From the NCBI RefSeq assembly GCF_030144855.1, contig NC_082720.1, positions 22,754,001 to 22,818,000 of the forward strand: 64,000 nucleotides of DNA, written 5' to 3'. The translations under genes were made by a program, and so were the position numbers. This stretch comes from Hypanus sabinus. Its lineage: Eukaryota. Shown here in pieces: positions 12,201 through 24,739 of the stretch. Positions within the stretch are counted from its first letter, which is position 1; the number at the start of each line of letters is the position of its first letter. The notes under the pieces were generated by a model. It made no database searches and had not been told where the DNA came from. It saw only the letters and a list, made by a program, of their open reading frames with translations.

Positions 12201-12892
12201 TATCAGCAATTTTCTGAAAGAAACCAATATCACTTCCTGGGGGTGCAGAGTAACTGAATTGCCATCTATATTCCCCCTTACCAGAACACATCTGCCCTCT
12301 TTATCTCCCATTTCGAATACCTTTTCAAAATCTAGCTTACTTGAGATAAGAATAGCAACTCCTCTCCTTTGTCCTGATTTATATGAAGAGAAAAACAAAT
12401 TATTGAAGCCCATTCTCTTTAGTTTTCTATGCTTATTATCAGTTAAATGAGTTTCCTGTAAATATACCATATGGGCTTGTTCTTTTTTCATTTTGGATAA
12501 AATTCTATTAAGATTGATTGGATTTAATAGTCCATTGACATTAAAAGATATGAATCTTATCTTGTCCTTAGCTATCTGTATTTATCTGTCAATGTATCAT
12601 TGGAATCAGCAGAATAAAACTTAATCGATCTACTCCCTGAACAAACAGGAACCAGGAAATACAAATAATAACAAAAATGGCAATGAATGTGTGATTCCAA
12701 GGCTGAGGTCTCTAGTAGATGACCCTGCTTTGAGCTAAAGGAAATGTCTAGCTGTGGGGGATAACCCTTCCTACTTGTGAGTTGAGGGCCCCCATTGCAG
12801 TATTCATAAAAGTCAGTGAACAAATCCATTACACAGAAAAGATTTCCCTGTGTACTCCTCCTATATATATACACACACACACACAAACAAAT

Positions 12893-15782
12893 CCTCACGC
12901 TGGGGCTATACAGCGTTGAGGCGTGTCCCCTGGGTGGTGGATGGGGGGATCCCTCATGTGAGGGGTGCACCGGATAATATGGAAGAAGGTGCCACGAACC
13001 AACATAGCCTAGGAGAAGGAACGCCGATTCCAAACCCGGGTAGATAGGACTCGTTAGCCTTGGATGGCAGCCTATCTAGGAGAGGGTAAACTCTGATTTC
13101 AAACCCAGGCAGGTGGAGCTCATTAGCGTGGAAATGCCATCGCCTAGGGGAAGGTGACCCCCACAGAAAACCCCTGGTCCTCCAGGTTGGGGGTTGTGCA
13201 ATGGGCTAACAACCAGTTCACGTAAAACAAGCAATTGTTACAGAAACCATCAACAGATTGTCAACCACTAACCCAGATCTCGGGAAAAGCAGGGCCCCAT
13301 TCAGGAGGCTGATGACGCGCTGCAACCAAACCCGTCAGGAAGCTGCGGGGCTGACAACCCTCCTTCACCCGAGGAAAACCATAATGGAGGTTTCAAAGCT
13401 GCTCTCACAGAAGAAATCTATCCTAATCGGAACATGGAATGTGAGATCGCTTTGGGAGACAGGTAGGTGCGCACAGACAGTGAAGGAAATGAACCGATAC
13501 CACCTCACACTCCTGGGCATGTGCGAAGCAAGGTGGAATACTTTTGGTGAGACCAAACTGCAGACGGGAGAAACTCTGCTCTATTCCAGCAAAGAAAAAG
13601 AGGAAGACCCGCATGAGGCTGGTGTGGCCCTGATGTTGTCCAAAGAAGCAGCCAGAAGTTTGATAGAATGGGAACCATTGTCCGACCGTGTTATCACAGC
13701 CAGGTTTGAGTTCAGGTTCCAGAAGGTATCCATTATCCTGTGCTACGCCCCAACTAACAATGCAAAGGAAGAAGAAAAAGATCTTTTCTACACCCAGCTT
13801 CAAGCAGTAATTGGAAAGGTACCTAAGCAAGATATGTTGATCATCATGGGAGATCTGAATGCCAAAGTAGGCAGTGATAACACTAGCAGGGAGAGAGAGA
13901 TGGGCCAGAATGGTTTGGGGAATATGAATGAAAATGGAGAGCTCCTTACCGACTTCTGTGCCTTCAATGAACTGACCATTGGAGGTACCCTCTTTCCCCA
14001 CCGATGCTGCCACAAGATAACCTGGGTCTCGCCTGACCATCAAACAGAGAACCAGATTGATCACGTCATAGTCCGCCAGTGCTGGAGAAGTTCATTGCAA
14101 GATGTGAGAGCCAAAAGAGAAGCAGATATTGGATCCGACCACCATTTGGTTGTCGCAAAGCTGAAGATGAAGCTGTCGGCTAAGAAGAAGCAACAGAACA
14201 TGCGAATAAAGTTTGATGTTAGAAAACTACAGATGGAAGAGAACAAGAAAGTTTTCCACATCATCTTGCAAAACCACTTTGGGTCTCTTCAAATAGAGGA
14301 ACAAGATGAGAGAACAGAGGAACACGCCTGGATTACCTTCAAGCAGGCCACTGTTGGAACCTATGAAGAAGTACTGGGAAGACCACCAGTCAACAGTAAA
14401 CCTTGGATCAGGGACGAGACATGGCAGAAGGTGGAGGAGAGGAAAAAGCTCAAACAGGAGTTGAATAGGGCCAGAACCGGCAATAGAAACAAATCACCGC
14501 CAAAAGGTACTGCGTGATGGCCAAGGAGGTGAAGAAACAGCTCAGAAAGGACAAGAGGTCATACTTCAATGAAATAGCAGAGCAAGCAGAAACAGCGGCC
14601 AGTAAAGGGGACCTCAAGGCACTCTACACGACAACTAAACTTTTGAGAGGGGAGAAAAGCAATTTCAACAGACCTGTTAGAGACAAGACAGGCCATCTGC
14701 TCAGCTGGCGAGATGGAAGGAACACTTCCAGGAAGTATTGAATAGACCACCACCACAGAACCCACCTGACCTGCAGCCTGGAGACCCAGTCAACATCAAT
14801 ATAGGTGAAATCACCAAGCAAGAAATTTGAAAAGCCCTGAAAAGCCTTGACATGATAGGAGACTACTGGAGTCAGACAGGGTTGCCTGCTGTTGCCTCTA
14901 CTTTTTCTTGTGGTACTTGTCTGGGCTACAAGAACAGCCTATGCTGGCTCAGAGAGAGGCATCCAGTGGACATTAACAGGGAAATTGGAAGACCTGGCAT
15001 TTGCAGAGGATCTCGCTCTTCTCTCACACCGACTTCAAAATATGCAGAAGAAAGTAGATTCCTTGGGCGAGACCTCACAGCGAGTAGGCCTTAAGATCAG
15101 TCAGGAGAAGACCAAAGTTCTACACATTAATAATAAACAAGAGAAGCCATTACGGATTAAAGGACAAATAGTTGAAGATGTAGACAAATTCCCCTACCTC
15201 GGAAGCAAAATCGGTAAATCAGGAGGTACAGATGAGGACATCAGAGCAAGGATCGGAAAAGCCCAACATGCCTTCACAACCCTGCGACCTGTTTGGAGAT
15301 CAACGGCCATCTCTGTCAAAACTAAGCTCAGTATATTCAGCTCCAATGTGAAAGCCATCCTGCTATATGGATCCGAAACATGGAGAATCACTAACACCAG
15401 CTGCAACAAGATCCAGACCTTTCTCAACAAATGTCTCCGGCAGATCCTCCGCCTCAAGTGGTATGACGGAGTGTCAAACCTAGACCTATGGAAGAGAGCA
15501 AACCAGGAGCCCATTGTATTCCAGATAAGGAGGGGGAAGTGGAGATGGGTCGGCCACACCTTGAGGAAGAGCCAGTCGAATGTCACTCAACAATCACTCA
15601 AATGGAATCCACAAGGGACAAGAAGAAGAGGTCGCCCAAAGCAAACCTGGAGGCGTAGGCTTTTGGATGAACTGAAAGCCGCCGGCCAAACTTGGGAGAC
15701 TGCAAAAACATTTGCTAGAGATCGCAGAAAGTGTAGGACTTTTGTTGCGGCCCATAAGGAGCGAAAAGGATTAAAGAAGAAG
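12893..15782 (+). mobile_element. RTE-clade LINE, near full-length with internal RT deletion
   Basis: APE ORF 13258-14517 (IGTWNVRSL, CEARW, CYAPTN, MGDLNAKVG, SDH); RT C-half TTGVRQGCLL..LAFAEDLALLS; (AAG)n tail ending at 15782; acacacacaaa on both sides as probable TSD; inserted in the L1 inter-ORF spacer. Confidence 0.88.
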
Positions 15783-15796
15783 ACACACACAAATAT

Positions 15797-15960
15797 NNNN
15801 NNNNNNNNNNNNNNNNNNNNNNNNNNNNNNNNNNNNNNNNNNNNNNNNNNNNNNNNNNNNNNNNNNNNNNNNNNNNNNNNNNNNNNNNNNNNNNNNNNNN
15901 NNNNNNNNNNNNNNNNNNNNNNNNNNNNNNNNNNNNNNNNNNNNNNNNNNNNNNNNNNNN
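15797..15960. other. Assembly gap (164 N)
   Basis: Run of N. Confidence 1.
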
Positions 15961-17240
15961 AAAAGGAGTAAGTGAGCAAATAAAGAATAACAACTAAGTA
16001 ATATAAAATCCATATTATAATAAGTATTTCTCAAGATAGGTATATCACCATGTACTTTTGCTTCTGCTTAGCTTCTCAACATTTTTAAAGTTAGCCAAAC
16101 CTTATGGCTCTTCTGAAGGGGGTGAGGACTGTCTTTGGGAAACCCCTGGTCTCTTCCTGATATGTTTCTCTCTGCCTCCTCCCATCTCCTGCCTTCTCGT
16201 TTCTCGCACTATTTCCCAAGCGGAGCGGGATATTCTTCAGTCAGGCTTTCCTTTGTTTTGATCACGCTGATGGGAAACCCTCTGGCCTTCATGTCTGTGG
16301 TCGCCTCTTCCACTGTCTGGTACAACTGCATCCTGTTGTCATAAAACACTCGAAGTTTAGCAGGGTACGGAGTTTGAAATCTAATCTTATTTTGCTTTAG
16401 TACTTGCTTTACTTCAGAGTATTCTTTGCATTTCTGGAGGACCATGGGGGGGAGGGGTAATCTTGGTCAAAATATATTAATTCATCCTCTAAAAACACTC
16501 TCTTCTTACCCAAGGCCCTTCATAGAATCTCCGCCCTGGTGCTGTACCAAAGGAATTTAATTATTATTGAGCGTGGCTTTCTATCCTGGGTAGGTTTTGG
16601 GATTAACGTGCAGTGGGCTCTTTCGACTTCCAGCTCCATAGCTGAGGGAAGATCCAGCGCGTCCCGCAGTAACTTTCCGACAAACTCTGTCATAGACAAA
16701 CTCCGCTCCTTCGGGAACATTGTAGATTCTGATATTTTTCCGCTGTGATCTTCCCTCCAGGTCAAGCAGTTTACCTTCTTGGTGATGTATGATTTTTATT
16801 GTCTTGCTCAGTATCCGTTCCACGTTTTGAACGCGATCTTCCACCTTCTCAATTCAAGTCTCTGCCACCGCTATTTTTTGATTAACGCTGGCGACCTCTG
16901 CCTTAATATCATGGAGCTGCTGCTCTATTTCTTTCCGGAATTCCATTATCTCTTTCAGGATTTCGAAGACATTCGCTGCTTTGACTGAACGAGGCCCAGC
17001 AGCCGCCTCGCTCGCACGCGGTCGGGTAGGAGAGCCGCTCGCTGCACTCTGCTCGGACGCAGGCTCCGCAGTGTTGCTTTTTTTATTTCCATTTCTTTTC
17101 CCCATTCTTGCCCCTCTTTTCAGTTCAAATATTTTTCGAAAAATATTATATTTGATGAGTTAACAGGACTTAATATGCATTTTTCCGGAGGAGCTAGTGA
17201 CTTAAGCTGCCACTCTCGATGATGACATCGCTGGAAAACC

Positions 17241-17397
17241 ACCTGATGACTTCTCAATCCATAGGATGGACCAGTCTGTTGATTCGGAGAAGGCAATAGA
17301 TGGGGGACTGTGTTTCGTGATAAACTCTTTGTGGTGCTTGGACACAATGGCCTTGTCGGACTCTTATTCCCCTGATCTGGAACATCTAAGATCTCTT
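17241..17397 (+). mobile_element. Rex1/Babar endonuclease continuation (right half)
   Basis: PDDFSIHRMDQSVDSEKAIDGGLCFVINSLWC..SYSPDLEHL follows on from 3550. Confidence 0.7.
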
Positions 17398-17399
17398 TA

Positions 17400-18240
17400 A
17401 TGTTGAAATTGAGCTTGTATGCACCACTTGTTCTGTCAGCTCATTCCACACTCTCACGGTCCTCTGGGTGAAGACGTTCTTCTTAGACTTTTCACCTTTC
17501 ACCCTTAACCCACGTCCCACCCAAACTCAGTCGAAAAAGCCTACTTGAATTAACCCTATTTATACCCTTCATAATGTTGTATACCTCTATCAAATCTCCT
17601 CTTGATCCTTTACATTCGAGGGAATAAAGTCAATCTTTTCAATTCAATCAATTCAATCTTTTCTCATAACTCAGGTCCTCCAGGTACAGCAACATGCTTG
17701 TAAATTTTCTCTGCACTCGTTCATCCTTGTTTACATCTTTCCTGTAGGCAGGTGACCAAAACAGCATACAACACTCAAAATTAGGCCTCACCAACATCTT
17801 ATGAAATTTCAGCATAACATCTCATCTCTTATACTGAATACATTGATTTTTGAAGGCCAATGTGCAAAAGCTTTCTTTATGGCCCTATCTATCCATGACA
17901 GCACTTTCAACAATTACAAATCTGTATTTGCAGATCCCTTTTGTTCTACCACACTCCCCATTGCTCCACCAGTCACTGTGTAAGATTGGTCCTGCCTAAG
18001 TGCAAATCCTCACACTTGTCTGCATTAAATTCCATCTTCAGTAGAAAGTCTCTTGATGCTCATTACGAATTTTCATACTATTCTCACTTCCATACGATCC
18101 ATCTGGTTTATATCTGCTTTTCCTCATAAAATACAACACTTCACACTTCTGAGCATCCATCACCCATTCCTCCATCCAGTTCTTGATGTCCATTATTGTC
18201 TATATCATGAATCACAATACATTGAAGTTTTACACCATCT
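17400..18240 (-). mobile_element. Decayed CR1 fragments
   Basis: Reverse complement of CR1 3' coding and UTR motifs (cattccacactctc, cactcaaaattaggcctcacc, cacttcacactt). Confidence 0.6.
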
Positions 18241-18395
18241 GTATATTTTGAAAATATGATCTATTTTTCCCCCTCACATTTTGCACTACTAATTTAATTT
18301 TTTATGTATACTTACTGTAATTTACAGTTTTCATTTTATATTTACTATCTTTTTTATTATTAACCGTGATGAAAATCCTATAATTGAGTTTAGAA

Positions 18396-21300
18396 TGTTA
18401 CGTATCCCGTAACTGGATAACTTACCAGCAAAGATAGAGAGGTCTGTTGAAGTCTGGTGTCACTATTTTCAAATGTTTTTATTTATAAAGGGACACAAAA
18501 GTAGGGTTAATACATACATTCAGATAGTGCACATCATCAACATTCAATCTAAAGCGCGGGTATAGTGATAATCATCATTAAGAAGTGAGCTCTGCTGGTG
18601 TCTAGGGGCTAATAGATTGCCTGTTGGAAATATAAAAGTCACTCTGAAAGCCCTTTGAAAATCACTGGGTTTTGCATGGGGCGACCAAGAGAGAGAGAGA
18701 GATTGGGGGAGAAGAGAAAGAACTTGCCGAGTCTCGATGAATCTTCCGTGAAATCGGGGGAGTGTTGGTTTCCTCTCCCCGATGTTAGTTAAAGCAGTTT
18801 TCTGTGATTCCAGCCACAGATTCCAATCCCGGAATCTAACGCACGTGGCTTCCTTCAGAATGGCTTCCCGCTGCTGCGGGACACTCTCGTGTCTTCTTGG
18901 TGCGTCTGAGGGGCTGTCCCCGAGACTCTCCTTTATACTTCCTCACGGGGTCGCAGGTGTCAATCAGGTTGGGATGATGCAATCTCTCTCTCAACCAGCC
19001 CACCTTGCCCGAGGGCTTTTCACTTGGTCTCCATGAGACAATAGTTGTTGGCATCTTATTCTGTATTCCTCGTGGGACGTGCCATTTTTCACGTTTCTCT
19101 CTTTCTCACTTCCTGGGTCTACTGACCCCCCCCTCAACGGGTGCTCTTGCGATTCTCACAAAGGAGGGGGCTGGGATCATAACACCTCCCCTCTTAAAAA
19201 AACGTTTTACCAGCGGTTAAAACGGAGTGGTCCACAGTCTTACAGGAGTTTTGGATCTAACACAGTACACAAGTTTTTCTTTTCACAAAATACTACCGTT
19301 ATACATTCAAGTCAGTATCTAAATAGTTAACGATTACAGCATCCCTTTCTTTCATATCTTAACATTGCGAACCGTACATCAGACTTCAATTCAATAACCA
19401 CTTATTTAATTTTTTTTTAAGCAACAAAACTAAGGAGGCGTGACCTTAGCTTAGGTGCATTTACAAAAGTTTACGCGAATACTAATCATTTCAGTCATTT
19501 AACTTAACCGGCAGGTCTCCAAAGGGCTGTCTTTATTATTCACAGGCTTTGGCGCAAACCCGTTCAACCTGCCTGGCTGTCTAACAATGGCATCTCCATT
19601 AACCGTCGCCTCTTTTTCGGCGAGCCCCCCCGTGGGGAACTTGAGTAATTTTTCGTGGTGAACTCCCGCCAGCCTCGTTCATCGGGGTTATTTTTGCAAC
19701 ACCATGCCCCAAACTTTGACCCCTTTCACCCAATTCTTCGATTTTACCCAGGTGGCTGGCCCTTTTATCAGTCCCCTTCAGGCTATTGGTGTTTGATTCG
19801 AACTCTTCGCTCAAGTAGCATGTCGAAGGCAGCCTTTTCACACCCCATCCTGGCTTAACAATAGAGTGGGGGGCCCCGCTATTCCCCGGCTCACTCTGTG
19901 AGCGATCTGCCAGGTTTAAGATTTCTTCCTTCGATTTGGAAACAACAGACTTTTCGTTTCCTTCGCCAACAATCCTCACCCCCCCCATTCTTAAATTCTG
20001 CATTAACTTTGAACACTCCTTCGAGTACAGACGCCGGGGAACTCACACTTTCCCCGGTTACCAAGGTTAACCCTTTCCCCACTGAACCGAGTCCATCTGA
20101 CCCACAAGGACGGCCGCCCCGTTCCCCTGAATCAGATACCTCAGACTTCTTCTGAGCTCCATTACCAGGTTCAGCACCACGTGCATCCCCATCTCGGACA
20201 CACTCAAACGGGACATTGGCCTCTTCCAGGCTTTCAACACCCGTACCTTTTTCAAATTCTAACTTCCCCCGATCCTCCCAGTTACTCTCTGGGCAGCTCC
20301 CACCCGGGGAAGGCGCAACCCTGCAAGCTGAAACAACCTCCTCGGCCTTTTCAGCAGACTCCTTCGAGGCAAGGGTATCCTTTCCATCTAGGACTGCCCT
20401 ACTCTCATTATCGGGAACACCTTTAGAACTCTCAAGTTCTTCAAACAATTCTGCCAAACCAGACAGATCATCCATGTCAAACTCTGGACCTTTTAACAGC
20501 TTTATCTGTTTCTCATCTTTATTTCCTACCTTTAGGACCTTTCTCTTCACTAAAGGCAGATCTATCTCCTCTCCCTTACCCCCTTTCACTTTACTACTCT
20601 TCGTCTTACCACCCTCGAAACCCTCATGGCACAGGGTCGGCAAAGACGTCTCGGCCAAATCAAAACTGGCCAGATTTAAACTGCTCTCATTCACAGCTCT
20701 CTCTCTCTCGACAGGCTGCGAGTGACTGCACCTGCGAGATAGCCCTTGGACGCTAGGGACGGAGCCACCACACTCTCCGGACGCCAGGTCGGCAGCATGG
20801 CTGACCAAACCTTACCCCCTGCTAAGTTGTTTCCCAGCAGCATGTCCACGTCAGCTCTCGGGAATTCTGAGGGCACCCCTATTTCAACTGATCCATACAC
20901 CAGCTCACAATCCAGAATGACCTTATACAAGGGCACCAATCTCAACTCCCTACTAACATTAAACCTCTCTGCTTGGTCTAACCCTTGATCTCTTTGCTCG
21001 TTCTTCAGCGTCTCAATCCTGTCCTGTTGCCTCTGTTTCTCTTTCTCAGCCCGTTCCTTCTCTTTCTCTTCTGCTTCTAGCTTCTTTAGGTAAATTTCAT
21101 GCTGTCTTTGCCTTTCCCTCTCTCTCTCTCTCTCTCTCAGCCACTTCCAGCTCTTTTAACTTAAGTTCACGTTTCTACTTTAATTTCTCCACCTCTAACT
21201 GAACCGTCCCAATTGATGGTACTTTGTCAGGGATATCTTCCAATACCTTATCTTCAAACACATTCTTCCCAACGTAATACTGAGTTATGGCCCTTCGTAC

Positions 21301-22347
21301 CTCCCGCTTTTTCATGGACGACCTCAATTCTGTGAGGTTCAACCCCTTCGCCAAATTTAACCAGTCTGATTTGGTGGCTGCCTCTAGCACACCGTCGGGT
21401 TTTCCATAAATTCACCCACGTCCATCTTTGCTGGTTTCCCGTCTGGCTACCCGCGTAACCAGATTCAAGTTTTTGATTTACAAGCCTGATTCACTGGCCT
21501 CCCAATTTGGTGTCAAATCCCGGACGAGAAACCCAATTGTTACGAATCCCATAACTGGATAACTTATCAGCAAAGATAGAGAGGTCTGTTGAAGTCTGGT
21601 GTCACTATTTTCAAACGTTTTTATTTATAAAGGGACACAGAAGTAGGGTTAATACATACATTCAGATAGTGCACATCGTCAACATTCAATCTAAAGCGCG
21701 GGTATAGTGATAATCATCATTAAGAAGTGAGCTCTGCTGGTGTCTGGGGGTTAATAGATTGTCCGTTGGAAATATAAAAGTCACTCTGAAAGTCTGCAGG
21801 CCTCAGCCCTTTGAAAATCGCTGGGTTTTGCGTGGGGCGACCGAGAGAGAGAGAGAGATTGGGGGAGAAGAGAAAGAACTTGCCAAGTCTCGATGAATCT
21901 TCCGTGAAATCGGGGGAGCGTTGGTTTCCTCTCCCCGATGTTAGTTAAAGCGGTTTTCTGTGATTCCAGCCACAGATTCCAATCCCAGAATCTAATGCAC
22001 GTGGCTTCCTTCAGAATGGCTTCCTGCTGCTGCGGGACCACTCTTGTGTCTTCTTGGTGTGTCTAAGGGGCTGTCCCCCTGAGACTCTCCTTTATACTTC
22101 CTCACGGGGTCGCAGGTGTCAATCAGGTTGGGATGATGCAATCTCTCTCTCAACCAACCCACCTTGCCCAAGGGCTTTTCACGTGGTCTCCATGAGACAA
22201 TAGTTGCTGGAATCTTATTCTGTATTCCTCGTGGGATGTGCCATTTTTCATGTTTCTCTCTCTCTCACTTCCTGGGTCTACTGACCCCCCACCCCCCCAA
22301 CGGGTGCTCTTGCGATTCTCACAAAGGAGGGGGCTGGGATCATAACA
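18396..22347 (-). mobile_element. Non-autonomous Gmr1-like LTR retrotransposon (element B), gag core deleted
   Basis: LTRs 18396-19184 and 21538-22347 (TG..CA); perfect 4-bp TSD AGAA; PPT rc of cctcccctcttaaaaaaa; PBS aaatcccggacgag..ccca (21515-21535) matches the tRNA-Pro 3' end; internal ORF remnants homologous to element A. Confidence 0.9.
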
Positions 22348-23427
22348 AGAATAATATAGCATGAGGCCCATGTCATTCATGCCAACCTAGATGTGCACCT
22401 AAGTTACTCCTACTTGCAAATGTAGCACACTATCAAATAATCAGTGATCATCAAAAACTGTGTCACATTAATTAGACACCATTAGTCTTTAACAAAGCCA
22501 CGCTGGATGTTTCTAAACAATCCACACTTGTCCCAGTGATTACTAATTCTATACCTTTTCCAGCAATTTCTCCATTTCAAAGCTAAAATACTTTTCACTT
22601 TCTTTAAGATGACTGATTTATTGTCTCCAGGTTTTGCACAGCTGCACACACAGTTTGTATGGGTGATTTTTGATTAAAAAGTTACAACGTCTGGAGTTGG
22701 TCACACAATCTGATAAGGACCAAATGGTCTCAATAGCCTAAAACATTGCCCCACTTGTGATTGAGACGATATTTTCTGTTTCTTCTACACTAACGCTGAA
22801 TATCCTTGGATGGTCAGTCAGGCAATGCCCATTCTATGTTGAACGTGCATCTATTCCAGCTTTTGCTAAACTCGTGAGATTAATAAACCATTTCCTCCCC
22901 ACAGAATCGCTTTTTGCTGCAATTCTCCTGGACAATTTACAACAGGCTTTGGATCTTCTGCACTGGATTTCTCTTTCCCTTTCCAGTGTGTTGTTTCTCA
23001 CTTCTATAAACAACAAATGGGACAATGAGGAATATTATTGGAAAAGCCACAGGCAATCACAAAGAACATTCTTGCTGATTTGTTACATGACGTGGAACTC
23101 TGTCGCTCTGAGTAAGGTTAACATTAGGATCAATGACAAAAGTATTTACACTACTCTAGTCATGGGAAACATTACTGGAATCAACATGTCATTGCAAATG
23201 AAATACCTGATAATTAAAATGTGACAGAAAATTTAACAAACTTTGGCAGGCAAATGTCAACAATTTAGTTTGTGTTTAAAATCTCTCACCTACTGTCATG
23301 TAGTGCTTGTTTCATAATCTCTAATATATCTGCCTATGTGCAGTCCACAATAAATGCAAGGCAACCTTTAGAAATCCCAATATGGAAACAGTGTTATTGG
23401 ATCTGTTAAAGCAACTTGTGCTGGGAG

Positions 23428-23564
23428 NNNNNNNNNNNNNNNNNNNNNNNNNNNNNNNNNNNNNNNNNNNNNNNNNNNNNNNNNNNNNNNNNNNNNNNNN
23501 NNNNNNNNNNNNNNNNNNNNNNNNNNNNNNNNNNNNNNNNNNNNNNNNNNNNNNNNNNNNNNNN
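23428..23564. other. Assembly gap (137 N)
   Basis: Run of N. Confidence 1.
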
Positions 23565-24739
23565 AGACAAAGAAAGAAAGAAGCAGAATAGGCCCCATTT
23601 ATTCCCACTCTTATTCTCCTGCCAATCAGCTAATCCTCTTTTCATGCTAGTATCTTTCCTGTAATACCATGAGCTCTTTTCTTGTTAAAAAGCCTCATGA
23701 GTAGCATTTTGTCAAAGGACTTCTGAAAATTCAACTAAACAACATTCATTGATTCTCCTTTATATCCTGTCTGTCATTTCCTCAAAGATTCCTGACAGAT
23801 TTGTCAGGGAAGATATCCCCTGAAGGAAACCATGCTGACTTGGCCTACAATCATGAGCTTCCAAATACTCCAAAACCTCATCCTTAATACTGGATTCCAG
23901 CATTTCCCAGCCAGGAAGTCATGCTAATTGACATAGTTTTCTTTTTTTCTGCCCCTTCACTTCCTTTCACTTTCCTAGAAAATTATTTTACATCCTCCAA
24001 ATTGAAGACGTTACTATGAGAACACAATGTGATCTAAGCTGGGCAGAACATGTGGGGCAGTTCTTTTTTCAATTCTATTCAGATCCATCTCTTACCTCTT
24101 TCTTCAGAAAATAGTTGGCAGTATACTTCCTCTTTCTTACTCTTACAAGGAAGTCAAACGTGTCATCAGTTTTGCAAACAATTTCCACTCTGCTCTCTTT
24201 TTTGTGGGATCCACCTCTGGTATTATCATTTGACTTTAATTTTTCCAGCTGCATTTTCAGAAATAAGTGATTACTCTTTACAATCGATGAATGTTCCTGT
24301 TGATCTTGTCCATGTCTTTTCCCATAGTTCTCCTATAAGGACTCCATTCCACCCTCTTCTCCAGTTCCTTACTATGTGTTCTTCTGATGGCAACACTTTT
24401 ATAACCACCTTTCCAAGTTCTCTACTTTTGCATTAAACATGTTTTCTCTCCTACAGAGTTCCAAGTTGGTGTTTTAGATGTTCCAAGATGGTGCTGAAAA
24501 GTGCAAACTCCAAAGGGAATCATCAAAAGTTTCCACTTAGGACTATTACAGCTGAAAACCACAGTCACAGACATATGTTCTTCAGTAAGCAACATTGTTT
24601 TGAAATGTTTTAAAAAGTCTATCGATACTCAAAATCGGCAGACTCTGGACTGCAAATTGGGTGGGAAGTGCAGTTTCCCTTTAAGAAAAGGGGGATAAGC
24701 TAAGGGCAAGTAAGAGGGAAGCACAGGGCCCTGAGGCCT

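Larger units (their letters stand above)
3551..17240 (-). mobile_element. Near-full-length L1-clade LINE (ORF1 and ORF2, both disrupted) carrying nested insertions
   Basis: Poly-T at 3553-3561 (poly-A tail). ORF2 fragments run from the APE (VYLQETHL, GGDLN, SDHAP) through RT (RQGC..SPLLF, YADD) to the C-terminus (WEKWFNYI). ORF1 fragments 16209-17105 (LEGRSQRKNIRIYNVPEG, ERAH). Flanked by acctaatgacttc (3538-3550) and acctgatgacttc (17241-17253). Confidence 0.88.

Noticed and set aside
12920-12980. Explicit HDV-like ribozyme fold
   Set aside because: P1.1 and J4/2 could not be placed by eye; kept only as a hypothesis to test.
22760-22830. VEETENIVSI as a TIM tyrosine-motif tail (cf. AEDNIY)
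   Set aside because: No tyrosine, an upstream in-frame stop and no acceptor.
24457-24584. Plus-strand 128-nt exon (ctacag | VPSWCFRC..HMFF | gtaagc) as an upstream FAM193 exon
   Set aside because: No recognisable similarity to FAM193, and the phases do not link to the other candidates.
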